Assembly: GCA_947568535.1 (NCBI GenBank)
Contig: CANOPF010000002.1
Span: forward strand, 1 to 53,682
DNA length: 53,682 nt
Source of the DNA: an uncultured Clostridium sp.
Lineage (GTDB): Bacteria; Bacillota; Clostridia; TANB77; CAG-508
Direction: 5' to 3'
Both the position numbers and the translations under genes were made by a program. The notes below the pieces were generated by a model. It was not told where the DNA came from. It searched no databases and saw only the letters and a list, made by a program, of their open reading frames with translations. Position 1 is the stretch's first letter; each line of letters starts with the position of its first letter. Shown here piece by piece: positions 17,684 through 27,714 of the stretch.

Positions 17684-18021
17684 GTAATTAATAATAAAAT
17701 GAGAGAAATAAATAGCATTTCGTCTTGCACACCTTCTTGATATAAGAAAAATAATAGACCAAGAATAATAATGTCATCTAGATATAATTGGATACCAAGT
17801 ATTTCAAAAATGGGTTCTTCAATATCATTAAACAACAGATTTTTGAAATGGATAGGACCAAAAGATCTAGATGATTTTTCTTCTTTAGATAAATGGTGAT
17901 CATTTTCTTGATGTGATTTGTCCTGCTGGGATGGAGAAAGACTAGTATTGGTTGGATGGTTGAAATGAGGAGAGTGGTAAGGTCGATAATATCGGTAATA
18001 ATTATTATAAAAACTAGCCAT
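17680..18021 (-). CDS. Hypothetical protein with Tyr/His/Pro-rich N-terminus and hydrophobic C-terminus (113 aa from ATG 18021)
   Basis: AAGGAG SD upstream of ATG 18021. MASFYNNYYRYYRPYHSPHFNHP...FEILGIQLYLDDIIILGLLFFLYQEGVQDEMLFISLILLLIT. The start overlaps the stop of the upstream gene (ATGGCTAG). Confidence 0.5.
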   Translation of the reverse strand: MASFYNNYYRYYRPYHSPHFNHPTNTSLSPSQQDKSHQENDHHLSKEEKSSRSFGPIHFKNLLFNDIEEPIFEILGIQLYLDDIIILGLLFFLYQEGVQDEMLFISLILLLIT

Positions 18022-18436
18022 TGTCAGAGTTCTCCTTATGATTATCTTTAAATAGATCAGCAATTTTAGCCATATTTAATAAATTAGCATATTGATCTAT
18101 TTTTCCTTTTTTTTCTTCTCGCAAATAAGGTTTTAGAGAATATAATAAATTAGAACGTGGATCATTAGATGTATTTAATTTGTCCATAACCGATTTCATT
18201 TTCATAATTGTATTTATGTCAATTTGACTAAAATCAAAACCATTATTATTTGCATTGTTATGATTAGGTTGTGAAGCAACATTAGAAGAAGCATTTGGTT
18301 TATTTTGTGACATCATAGAAGAAAAATTTTGTATCATTTCAGGGGGAATTTGTGATAAAACATCATTTAAATTGCCATTATTCATCATGTCCTTTAATTT
18401 ATTTACTGTATTTTCATCAAAATTTATATTATTCAA
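18014..18436 (-). CDS. Hypothetical Asn/Ser-rich protein (about 140 aa; TTG start at 18436 preferred over the GTG inside the SD)
   Basis: AGAGGTGA SD. The conserved-looking C-terminal segment DPRSNLLYSLKPYLREEKKGKIDQYANLLNMAKIADLF resembles an uncharacterised clostridial family I cannot name. Confidence 0.5.
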   Translation of the reverse strand: MNNINFDENTVNKLKDMMNNGNLNDVLSQIPPEMIQNFSSMMSQNKPNASSNVASQPNHNNANNNGFDFSQIDINTIMKMKSVMDKLNTSNDPRSNLLYSLKPYLREEKKGKIDQYANLLNMAKIADLFKDNHKENSDNG

Positions 18437-18705
18437 ATAAATCACCTCTTAATAGTATATGAAAGAACCCGAAGAAAGTTTACTCATGAAAAAATAAACG
18501 TAAAAAAATAGTTACCATAAAGAGTTATTTTTTATCATAAACCATTGAAAAGTGACAGAAAATATTGTATAATAATAAGTGATTATGCGTAAATAGGCAG
18601 ATAACAAAATGTAATGAAAAAATAATATTTATTTCTTTATCAACAAGAGAACGAATTTCCGTAAGGAAAACTCTGTTCTAGAAACAAAAGATAAGAAAAT
18701 AAGAG

Positions 18706-18735
18706 TTGATTTATTTTTAAAAAAGTCTATATAAT
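18706..18735 (+). promoter_or_regulatory. Candidate promoter of the A1-B1 operon
   Basis: TTGATT (18706-18711), 18-nt spacer, TATAAT (18730-18735), about 50 nt upstream of the ATG. A second candidate lies further upstream: TTGAAA (18545-18550), 17-nt spacer, TATAAT (18568-18573). Confidence 0.35.
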
Positions 18736-18787
18736 ATAGAAGAAGGATTAGGTTCAAAAAGAATACCTAAAAAATAAGGAGGATACA

Positions 18788-21700
18788 ATGAATTATAAAG
18801 TTTTAAAATCAATGATAGCCATTCTATTAATCATCACATTAGTGGGATTAAATGTCATGTTTTTAGGAAATAAGGTCGCAATTGCTATTTATGAAGAATT
18901 AGAAAAGCAACAAGGGACAACCAACGTCGAAAATATTATTTTCGATGCATATTTCCATGAAGAAGAAACAAAAAAGCATAGTAAGCAAGCAAAAATTAAT
19001 GAAGGTGATAACCTAATTCTTGATTTAACCGTAAAGAATGTGGGTGTATTAGAAGAGGGAAAAATCAAATTAGAAAATACAAACTTCACCATTGATACAG
19101 AAAAGGTAAAAAATGAAAATATAAAAACAATCAATGAAGAGACAAATGAAATTACCTTAAACCATTTAAGTAGTGGAAATATCAATATCGTTTTACCAAT
19201 CAAATTTAACAAAGAGGATGCCAATACCTTTCATTATTTTGACCAAGAGAATATGGTTACTTTAACAGGGAAATATAAACAAAGTGATACTAATACCAAA
19301 GACGTAAAAGGGCAAGTAGTAACTAGACTAATGTGGGAAGACGAAGCAGAAGTAGAATTAACACAAGAAGTAGAAAAGTATCTAAATTTAGGCGAAAAAG
19401 GAATCTTATTAGAACAAAAAGTATCCTTAGCCATAACCAATCATGTTTTACCAATGGAAAGACAAGCCATTCAAGTAAAAGTACCAGAATTAGATGGTAA
19501 TTATCCATCTAAAGTAGTTGTATTATACAATGGAAGGAAATTAGAAGAAACAGCCTACCAATGGAATGAGGAACATAGAACTATAGATATTCAGCAAGAA
19601 CAAAATAAAGATAATATTCAATGGGGAACAGGAATAGAAGAATATAAGATCATCTATACTTATCCAAAAGAAGCAGAAACGGAAACAAAAAATATTGAAT
19701 TAGATACAACAGCCATAACAAAATTATATACAAAAGAAGAGGTAACCCAAAGAGACTGTCAACCATTAACCATAAATTATAAAGGAAGCAATATAACGAT
19801 AGACAAAATAACAACACCATCTATCGACAAAGGATATATGTATGCTAATGTTAACCGACAAGTTAGTTATCAGGAAAAAATCAGTACAGAATTTTCTCAA
19901 GTAGATTTACTAGAAGATACCATTACTTTAACAGCAGACGAGAAATTTATCGATGCCAAAAAAACAAAACATAATGTACAAAATAGTATTGAAACGAAAA
20001 AAATACAAATTAATAAAGACAATCTCTTAGCTATCTTAGGAACAGAAGGAAATATACAAGTACAAAAAACAGATGGAACAATATTAACCAATATTAATGC
20101 AAATGTAGAAGCAGATGAGAATGGCAATATCATTTATGAGGTAAATTCAACTGATTCTATACAAATACAAATGACAAAGCCACAACAAGAAGGAACATTT
20201 GTGATTTATATAGAAAAAGCAATCAATGGACAAACAGGATATACAAAAGAAGCGGTTAAAACATTTGTTGCTTTAGAAGATACAACTATCGTAAAAGATA
20301 CAGAAGTAGTTGGTATAAAAACCATAGCATTACAAGAGCCTGTTACTGAAGCAAAACTAAGTATCAATAACGATAATTTATCAGCATTAGAAAATAATGA
20401 AAATATCCAACTAGTCATTACCTTAAAATCAGATGAAGCAAAATATAAGCTATGGAAAAATCCACATCTTTATTTAAAACTTCCACAAGGGATAGAAACC
20501 ATAAAGGTAAATTCTACGCAAATTCTTTATACAGATAGCCTAGTTATAGAGAGTGCTAATTTAGTAGAGGAAGATAAAGCAATTGATATACAAATGCGAG
20601 GAGAACAGACAGAATTTCAAAATAGTATGAATGAAGGAATTCAGATTATTATTAATGCAGATGTTTCCTTCGCTAAAACAACACCAAGTCAATTGGCGAA
20701 AATAGAATTAATTTATGAAAACAAGAATGACACAATAGGAGAACAAAAAACAGATATAGGCATAAATATCCATTCAAAAGTTGGTGCTTTATTATATAAC
20801 CGATTAGAAGGATACAATGAAGAAAACGAGAAATTAGAAACGATTTCTCAACAAACTATTGAGGGAGAACTTAATACAAGAGCAGAAGCACGAGTAGGTA
20901 AAGCACATATGGAAGTAGTTAATAACTATGAAGATGTTATGAAAGAGGTTAATACCATTATTCATTTACCAAATACACAAAATCTAGAAGAAAAACAAAG
21001 TACGATTAATTTAGCTTTAGCTGAAGCAATAGAAACACAAAAAGATAATGTAAATATTTACTATGCCACACAAGACATCGAAAAAGATAGTCAGGAGTGG
21101 ACAAGTGAAGTGCCTAAGCTAGAAGATATTCAAAAAGTAAAAATAGTCGTAAAAGAACTTCAACCAGGGGAAAGTATTCCTGTTAATTACACCATGACAA
21201 TACCAGAAAACCTTACAGAAAATCAAGAAGCTTATCAAAAAACAGATTTAACTTATGAATATCAAGGAAAAGAATTTGATACTTATGCCACAGTAAGATT
21301 AGCAACACCTGATGAAAAGGTAAGCCAAGTAGTAGAGCAAGAAAACAATGGTTTAGGCGTTCAGGTAAAAGTATCTACACATGATAAAGAAATAAATAAT
21401 GGTGATATGGTACGTGAAGGGCAAACCATAAGATACCATATTGATGTAACCAATCATACAGGAAAAGAATTAAAAAATTTTTCCTTAGAAGGATTACAGA
21501 CTGATGCAGAAGGTAATACCAATGTTACTTTCTTTCACGAGAAAGAAATAAAAGAATACCAACCAATTGTTGCTCAAGAGGTTGTCGTAAAACGTTATAT
21601 GGAAGATGACACCCTAAAAAGTATAACATTAGAAAAAGAGAAAATTTTAGAAGGAGAAGTTGTTAGTTTCCAATATGAATTTACAGTAAATAAAAAGCAA

Positions 21701-23590
21701 AAAGAAGATGAAGTAACAAAAGGAAGTATTGTATTAAAGGCAGAAAATTTAGAGGAAACCATACCATTAATGGAAAATACCATAGAAAAAGCAGATGTAA
21801 AAGTAGTGACTACTTATGGTTCTAACGAAGCAGTAGAATTTATTGCTGATACAGAAAATGCATTCTTATATACTCTTGAAAATTTAACCAATAAGACTTT
21901 AGAAAATATAGAATTGAAGGTTGTCCTACCAGAAGGAGCAAGTTTTAGCCCAAATTATCAAAAAGATACAGATATCTATGAGTTTGTGGGATATGAAAAT
22001 AGAGAAGTAAAGTTAAAAATTCATCAATTGGCTGTTAATCAAAAGTTAACTATACCATTATCCATCACAATTGGTGAAATAGATAGTCATAAATTAGAAC
22101 AAGAATATACATTTTTCTGTGAAGCTACTGTTAATCATCAAACATATTATTCAAATGAAATAGAAAAAATAGCTAAACAAAATAGAGCAAAGTTAGGTAT
22201 ATTACAAAAAGCAAATAAAACAGGTGAATATGCAAAAGAAGGAGAGGAAATTACCTATACGACAACCATTACCAATCAATCTCTTTTAGACACAGAATTA
22301 ACCATAGAAGACAATTTAGAAGAAATTTTAGAGATAAAAGAAGCATATCTAGAAAAAGAAGGACATAAACTAAAGGATTTTGAAAATAGAGAAGAATCAT
22401 TTGTTAATACACAATACCCACTAAAAGCAGGAGAAACCATTCAAGCCATCATTAAGACAAAAGTAGGAGAGAATGAAGATGATATTACTGAATTTAGTCA
22501 TTATTTAGATATTTATAATTCTGTACAAAGTGATGAATCCAATGCAATTACATATCAATTAGAGGGTACAGAAGGAATAACAAAAGGAGACAAAGGAAGT
22601 ATTCGTGGAAAGGTATGGCTAGATAGTCATAAAGATGGAATAAAAGAAGAAACAGGAATTAGCCAAGTAGAAGTGTTATTAATCCATGCAGAAAATGGTA
22701 AAGTAGTAGCCAATACACAGACTAATAGTGAGGGAGAATATCAATTCCAGAATTTAGACAATGCTCGTTATTTGGTAGGATTTAAATATGACACAACGAA
22801 ATATACAGTAACAAAATATAAAGTAGAAGGAAGTAATGAAGATAATAATTCCGATGTTATTAACAGGGAATTAACAATTGGTGGACAAACCATGACATTA
22901 GCAGTTACCGATGAAATAAACATAGCAGGGAATATAATGGATAATATAGATGCAGGATTTTATGAGAATAAAATTTTTGATTTGTCATTAAAAAAAGGAA
23001 TTAGGAAAATTATTACCCAAAGTTCAAGAGGAACAAAAGTACAAGAATATCATGATGTAGATTTAGCTAAAGTAGAATTACATGCCAAAGAAGTACAAGG
23101 TGCTAATGTTTTAATTGAATATGTAATCAAAGTAACCAACGAAGGCGAAATACCGGGATTTGTTAATAATGTAATAGACTATTTACCAAAAGAATTAACT
23201 TTTAGTTCTGAAATTAACAAAGATTGGTATGTAACAAATGGTAGATTATATAATCAAAGTTTAACCAATGAAGTAATACAACCAGGCGAAACAAAAGTAT
23301 TAAGTTTAACATTAACCAAAACAATGAGTGCAGACACAACAGGAACCATTCGTAATACAGCAGAAATTGGGGCAAGTTCAAATGATTTAGGACAAGCTGA
23401 TCGAGATTCAACACCAGGCAATAAACAAGAAAATGAAGATGATATTAGTTCAGTAGAGGTTATTGTTTCTGTTAGTACTGGTGCAATGACCATAATGGTT
23501 ACCAGCATAACCATTATAATAGGATTACTATTTATTAGTTTGATTATCTATCAATTACGAAAAACAACAGTAAAAGACGAGGAGGTGTAA
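18788..23590 (+). CDS. Giant surface protein A1 (1600 aa): N-terminal anchor/signal, long beta-rich region with DUF11-like repeats, SdrD-B/CnaB-like domain, DUF11-like anchor-proximal domain, xxxTG sorting-like signal
   Basis: AAGGAGG SD. SdrD-B-like GKVWLDSHKDGIKEETGISQVEVLLIHAENG...SEGEYQFQNLDNARYLVGF...NSDV (about 22594-22870). DUF11-like FDLSLKK...LIEYVIKVTNEGE...NTAEIGA...DRDSTPGNKQENEDD. C-terminal SVSTG (23468-23482) plus hydrophobic stretch plus RK tail. Confidence 0.85.
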   Translation: MNYKVLKSMIAILLIITLVGLNVMFLGNKVAIAIYEELEKQQGTTNVENIIFDAYFHEEETKKHSKQAKINEGDNLILDLTVKNVGVLEEGKIKLENTNFTIDTEKVKNENIKTINEETNEITLNHLSSGNINIVLPIKFNKEDANTFHYFDQENMVTLTGKYKQSDTNTKDVKGQVVTRLMWEDEAEVELTQEVEKYLNLGEKGILLEQKVSLAITNHVLPMERQAIQVKVPELDGNYPSKVVVLYNGRKLEETAYQWNEEHRTIDIQQEQNKDNIQWGTGIEEYKIIYTYPKEAETETKNIELDTTAITKLYTKEEVTQRDCQPLTINYKGSNITIDKITTPSIDKGYMYANVNRQVSYQEKISTEFSQVDLLEDTITLTADEKFIDAKKTKHNVQNSIETKKIQINKDNLLAILGTEGNIQVQKTDGTILTNINANVEADENGNIIYEVNSTDSIQIQMTKPQQEGTFVIYIEKAINGQTGYTKEAVKTFVALEDTTIVKDTEVVGIKTIALQEPVTEAKLSINNDNLSALENNENIQLVITLKSDEAKYKLWKNPHLYLKLPQGIETIKVNSTQILYTDSLVIESANLVEEDKAIDIQMRGEQTEFQNSMNEGIQIIINADVSFAKTTPSQLAKIELIYENKNDTIGEQKTDIGINIHSKVGALLYNRLEGYNEENEKLETISQQTIEGELNTRAEARVGKAHMEVVNNYEDVMKEVNTIIHLPNTQNLEEKQSTINLALAEAIETQKDNVNIYYATQDIEKDSQEWTSEVPKLEDIQKVKIVVKELQPGESIPVNYTMTIPENLTENQEAYQKTDLTYEYQGKEFDTYATVRLATPDEKVSQVVEQENNGLGVQVKVSTHDKEINNGDMVREGQTIRYHIDVTNHTGKELKNFSLEGLQTDAEGNTNVTFFHEKEIKEYQPIVAQEVVVKRYMEDDTLKSITLEKEKILEGEVVSFQYEFTVNKKQKEDEVTKGSIVLKAENLEETIPLMENTIEKADVKVVTTYGSNEAVEFIADTENAFLYTLENLTNKTLENIELKVVLPEGASFSPNYQKDTDIYEFVGYENREVKLKIHQLAVNQKLTIPLSITIGEIDSHKLEQEYTFFCEATVNHQTYYSNEIEKIAKQNRAKLGILQKANKTGEYAKEGEEITYTTTITNQSLLDTELTIEDNLEEILEIKEAYLEKEGHKLKDFENREESFVNTQYPLKAGETIQAIIKTKVGENEDDITEFSHYLDIYNSVQSDESNAITYQLEGTEGITKGDKGSIRGKVWLDSHKDGIKEETGISQVEVLLIHAENGKVVANTQTNSEGEYQFQNLDNARYLVGFKYDTTKYTVTKYKVEGSNEDNNSDVINRELTIGGQTMTLAVTDEINIAGNIMDNIDAGFYENKIFDLSLKKGIRKIITQSSRGTKVQEYHDVDLAKVELHAKEVQGANVLIEYVIKVTNEGEIPGFVNNVIDYLPKELTFSSEINKDWYVTNGRLYNQSLTNEVIQPGETKVLSLTLTKTMSADTTGTIRNTAEIGASSNDLGQADRDSTPGNKQENEDDISSVEVIVSVSTGAMTIMVTSITIIIGLLFISLIIYQLRKTTVKDEEV

Positions 23591-23591
23591 T

Positions 23592-26500
23592 ATGAAGAAG
23601 CTTAAACAAATAGGTTATATTTTATTCATGTTAATCATTATTGTTTTGCTCAATTATCATACAGCAGAAGCAGCAGGAGTAAAAGGGTTAACCACAGAGC
23701 AAATATTTAATTGGGTAAGTAAAGAAAATGATGCATTTATAAAATTAGATGCAAAAGCATTATTAAAAACGTATTACAGTGAAAATCAAATACAATCAAC
23801 TATCAATGAAGCATCACATGGACCATGGTCTAAATATTGGCGATGTATACGTAGTTTTGAAACTAATCCCGAAAAATCATGGGGATTTAACCTAAAAAAC
23901 GTTATTGATATTGATTCAGATGGAGAAGTAAAAGTAACGTATATGGATAAGAATACACCCAAAACAGAGGAAATTACAAAAGGAAGAGCACAAAGATTGT
24001 TTAACAATTGGGGGTATGCCATAAGTACAGATTTAGATGTTAAAGCAGATGCTAGTAATAACTTTGGTCAAAACTCGTATTATGGTCATGATTACTATTA
24101 TGCCTACCGAAGCACATTAAAGAGTAACCATGTTTACTATCCAGGAGATTACAAAGAAGATTTTGGTCATAGGTTAGAGGCTTTAACATCTCCAACAGCA
24201 AGAAAATATGTCAAAAAAGGTTACACTGTTCGTATTTTAGTGGCTACCATGGAAAAAAATAAAGGTCAAGCAAGACTTATTTTTGGAAGAGCTAAAAGTA
24301 TAGATATAGATGAACCCGATCTAGGAAATTTAAAGGTAATTAAAAAAGCCACTAATTCAGATGTAAAATTAAAAGATGTAGGATTTACTGTTCAACAAGA
24401 ATCAACAGGTAAATTTGTTAAAGAAGTAACAACAAAAGGAAAAAAAGAAATCAAGTATGTCAATACAGAAAAGGAAGCACAAGTATTTTTTACGAATAGC
24501 AAAGGTGAAAGACTAATTAGTAATCTACAGACAGGAACTTACTTAGTTAAAGAAGTAAGTAATCCAAATGAGTATTATGAAGTTGCTGTTGAAGAAATAA
24601 AAAAGAAAGTAAAGGCAAAAAATACCGTAGAAATTGAAATGGAAAATACACAGGTTTATGTTGATTTATCTGGATATGTATGGGAAGATAAGTTTGACGG
24701 AGCCAAAATGAAAGAAAGAAATGACTTATATCGAGATGATCCACTTTATGATGGAAAAGATGAATTAAAAAATGGTATTAAAGTAAGATTAATGAAGCGA
24801 AAAAGTCATACAGATAGTAAAACAGGACAGATTATCTTAGATACACCAGAAAAAGTAAGAGAAACAATAACAAGTGCATTGGGTAGGTATTCTGCAACAG
24901 GTAAAATACAAGATAATAGAAATAATGGAAATGGAGAATATTTCTTTGAGAAAGTACCAGTAGAAGATTTAGAAGATTATTATATAGAATTTGAATATGA
25001 TGGAATGACTTATACAAATGTTAATCCACATATAAAAGTAAATAATGGTTCAAAAGCAATAGAAGGTGACGCACGAAAAGTACTAAATCAATCATTTGGT
25101 GTAATCAATGGCTCTACAGCAGGAGAAATAAATCAAGGAACGTATAACATAAATGCTAGAACAGATTTAGCAGGATATACCATCAGTGAATATTTTAAAC
25201 CAGGACAAAAAGAAATTACTTACATAAATCTAGGATTGCGTGAAAGAGATCAACCAGATCTATCTTTACAAAAAGACTTGCAGACAGTCCAATTATCAAT
25301 TAATGGATATGGACATACCTATTATTATAATCAAAGATATACACCACCAGGAGAAAATCAAAATGGCTCTAACTTAGGTGTTCAATGGGCAGAAAAGGAA
25401 TTAGATGGAACAAAAACATATTTAAGACCTATATATCAAGCAGATGTTGACTATACAGATACAAACACAGACAACGAATTGAAAGTAAAGATAACCTATA
25501 AAATAAGAATCAATAATGCAACAACAGGAGAGAAATTACAAGCACGAGTACATGAGGTAGTAGACTATTATGATGCACGATACGAAGGGAAACCAAAAGC
25601 AGGAACAGGATTAAATGCCCAAGGAGAATTGACAGGAGAGATTTCTTGTTCAGAACCAGTAGCTTATGGAACAGAATACAAAAAAATTATCATTAATACT
25701 GGAGATGGAGAACTATTGGGAAGTGGAGAAACTGGAGGTAAGCCATCATATAAAGATATCTATGTACAATTTACATTAGGTAGACAGGCTGTGCTTAATA
25801 TTTTAAATAACCAAGAGAATTTAGACAATGTAGCAGAAATTAATGCATATTCTATTTATGATGCAGAAGGAAATCCATATGCCGCTGTTGATAAAGACTC
25901 TACTCCAGGTAACTGTAAGCCAGGACAACCAGATACTTATGAAGACGATACAAGTGAAAGTCCATCGTTAAAACTAGAAGTAGCAGAAGCAAGAGAGATA
26001 GCTGGTAAAGTATTCTTAGATGAGACAGCACCAACATTAACAGTAGGAGAAGAACGTAGAGGATCTGGAAAATACGAAGACAACGAGAAAGGAATTGCAG
26101 GAGTAAAGGTTGTATTGAAAGAAAACAAGGAAAACGGAAAAACATATGATGAAGCAGAAACAAATGAAGAAGGAGACTTTTTAATTAATGGATTTATACC
26201 AGGAGATTATACATTAACATATACCTGGGGAGATGACACTTACACAGTACAAGACTTTAAAGGAACGATTTATGACAAAGAAAGATATACCATAAATCAA
26301 ACAGATAAATATTGGTATAAGGGAACAAACAAAAATGATCCAAACGAAAGATATTCAGATGCAATAGATGATTATTCATTAAGACAGAAGATTGATCAAG
26401 AAAGTGCACAAGGAAATGAGACAAGCAAACAAATGCATTCAACAACACCAACAATAGGAATTGGTGTAGAATATGAAACCATTTATACAGCTTCAACAGG

Positions 26501-27458
26501 AGATAAATATACATATAGAATTAACCATATAGACTTTGGAATTGTAGAAAGAGCAAGACAACAATTATCTATTTCAAAAGATGTTTCAGCAATAAAAATG
26601 AAATTGGCTAATGAACAAACAATTATTGATGCTACAGTAAATGCAGATGGAACATTAACAGGTACTCGTAAAGATTTAACGTATGGTCCACCTAATGGAA
26701 TATCCAATGGATTTGTGAAGGCAGAAATTGATGATGAGTTAATACAAGGAGCAACATTAGAGATTACCTATAAAGTTAGTGTGCATAATCAGAGCGAATT
26801 AGATTATGATTCGAAAGAATATTACCACTTTGGCAATCCAATAGGCGATATTATTTCATTAAAACCAGATGGAGTTTATGATTATTTAGATAATCAAATG
26901 ATTGTATCTGATAAATCTTCTACTACATGGAAAGTAGAGAATAAGGAAACAATGATCAATGAACCAACGATAGTGGAAACCTATTTTAATGAAGGTAAAG
27001 TAGAAGGAACAGACGGAACATATCAATGGGAAACAACAATAGAAAGTTATCAAGTGGTATTCACACAATGGAGTCAAACCATAATAGAAGAAAGTACAGA
27101 GACAATAAGAGACATTAAACTTAAGAATAAGACCATTTTGAAAAATGCACAACTTGAGCAGGAATTAAAACCAGGAGAAAGTAAAGAAGTAGAATTATAT
27201 ACGTCTAAGGTATTAGCCAATACAGATGAAATCAACTTGAACAATGATGTAGAGATGACACACATAAAACGTACAACAAAAACAGGAAGAATGCCAGATG
27301 TTGCAACTTCTAAAGCGTATGATAGAGGAGAAACCATAATTGTTACAGCAAACACTGGAGGCAACAAGAATTACCTTGCACCAATAGTAATAGGAGCCAT
27401 GGCTATGGTTATTTTAGGAGCAGGAGTTGTGTTAATTAAAAAGAAAGTACTTAAGTAA
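23592..27458 (+). CDS. Giant surface protein B1 (1288 aa): signal peptide, unassigned N-terminal domain, CnaB-type domain, two (SdrD-B-like + DUF11-like) modules, xxxTG sorting-like signal
   Basis: GAGGAGGTG SD; the start lies 1 nt after the A1 stop. Signal peptide ...NYHTAEA/AG. CnaB/E-box-like GTYLVKEVSNPNEYYEV. SGYVWEDKFDG... and AGKVFLDE...EGDFLINGFIPGDYTLTY. DKDSTPGNCKPGQPDTYEDD. C-terminal TANTG (27345-27359) plus TM segment plus KKKVLK. Confidence 0.85.
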   Translation: MKKLKQIGYILFMLIIIVLLNYHTAEAAGVKGLTTEQIFNWVSKENDAFIKLDAKALLKTYYSENQIQSTINEASHGPWSKYWRCIRSFETNPEKSWGFNLKNVIDIDSDGEVKVTYMDKNTPKTEEITKGRAQRLFNNWGYAISTDLDVKADASNNFGQNSYYGHDYYYAYRSTLKSNHVYYPGDYKEDFGHRLEALTSPTARKYVKKGYTVRILVATMEKNKGQARLIFGRAKSIDIDEPDLGNLKVIKKATNSDVKLKDVGFTVQQESTGKFVKEVTTKGKKEIKYVNTEKEAQVFFTNSKGERLISNLQTGTYLVKEVSNPNEYYEVAVEEIKKKVKAKNTVEIEMENTQVYVDLSGYVWEDKFDGAKMKERNDLYRDDPLYDGKDELKNGIKVRLMKRKSHTDSKTGQIILDTPEKVRETITSALGRYSATGKIQDNRNNGNGEYFFEKVPVEDLEDYYIEFEYDGMTYTNVNPHIKVNNGSKAIEGDARKVLNQSFGVINGSTAGEINQGTYNINARTDLAGYTISEYFKPGQKEITYINLGLRERDQPDLSLQKDLQTVQLSINGYGHTYYYNQRYTPPGENQNGSNLGVQWAEKELDGTKTYLRPIYQADVDYTDTNTDNELKVKITYKIRINNATTGEKLQARVHEVVDYYDARYEGKPKAGTGLNAQGELTGEISCSEPVAYGTEYKKIIINTGDGELLGSGETGGKPSYKDIYVQFTLGRQAVLNILNNQENLDNVAEINAYSIYDAEGNPYAAVDKDSTPGNCKPGQPDTYEDDTSESPSLKLEVAEAREIAGKVFLDETAPTLTVGEERRGSGKYEDNEKGIAGVKVVLKENKENGKTYDEAETNEEGDFLINGFIPGDYTLTYTWGDDTYTVQDFKGTIYDKERYTINQTDKYWYKGTNKNDPNERYSDAIDDYSLRQKIDQESAQGNETSKQMHSTTPTIGIGVEYETIYTASTGDKYTYRINHIDFGIVERARQQLSISKDVSAIKMKLANEQTIIDATVNADGTLTGTRKDLTYGPPNGISNGFVKAEIDDELIQGATLEITYKVSVHNQSELDYDSKEYYHFGNPIGDIISLKPDGVYDYLDNQMIVSDKSSTTWKVENKETMINEPTIVETYFNEGKVEGTDGTYQWETTIESYQVVFTQWSQTIIEESTETIRDIKLKNKTILKNAQLEQELKPGESKEVELYTSKVLANTDEINLNNDVEMTHIKRTTKTGRMPDVATSKAYDRGETIIVTANTGGNKNYLAPIVIGAMAMVILGAGVVLIKKKVLK

Positions 27459-27478
27459 AATCATCATCTAAGAGGAAG

Positions 27479-27508
27479 AAAAAACGAAGGAATAACCTTC
27501 GTTTTTTT
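27479..27508 (+). terminator. Intrinsic terminator after B1
   Basis: AAAACGAAGG (27481-27490), loop AATAA, CCTTCGTTTT (27496-27505), followed by TTT. Confidence 0.7.
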
Positions 27509-27714
27509 GCGATATAGATAACACCATAGAAAATAATATGAATCACATGACCATGGTTTGTTCTTACGCAAATAAGAAAAATAGAGAATAAATCTAAAAT
27601 GTTACCATTATGTTATAAAAATGTAAACAAAACTTAAAAAATAGATAAGAAAGCTCAAAAGTCCATTTCCCTATAAACAAAAAAGAAAAGAAAAAATGGC
27701 CAAAGAAATAGATA

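Noticed and set aside
18675-18685. GTTCTAGAAAC upstream of A1 as a palindromic operator.
   Set aside because: Only the 8-bp core TTCTAGAA is palindromic. That is expected by chance in AT-rich DNA, so I mention it only in the context of the shared upstream motifs.
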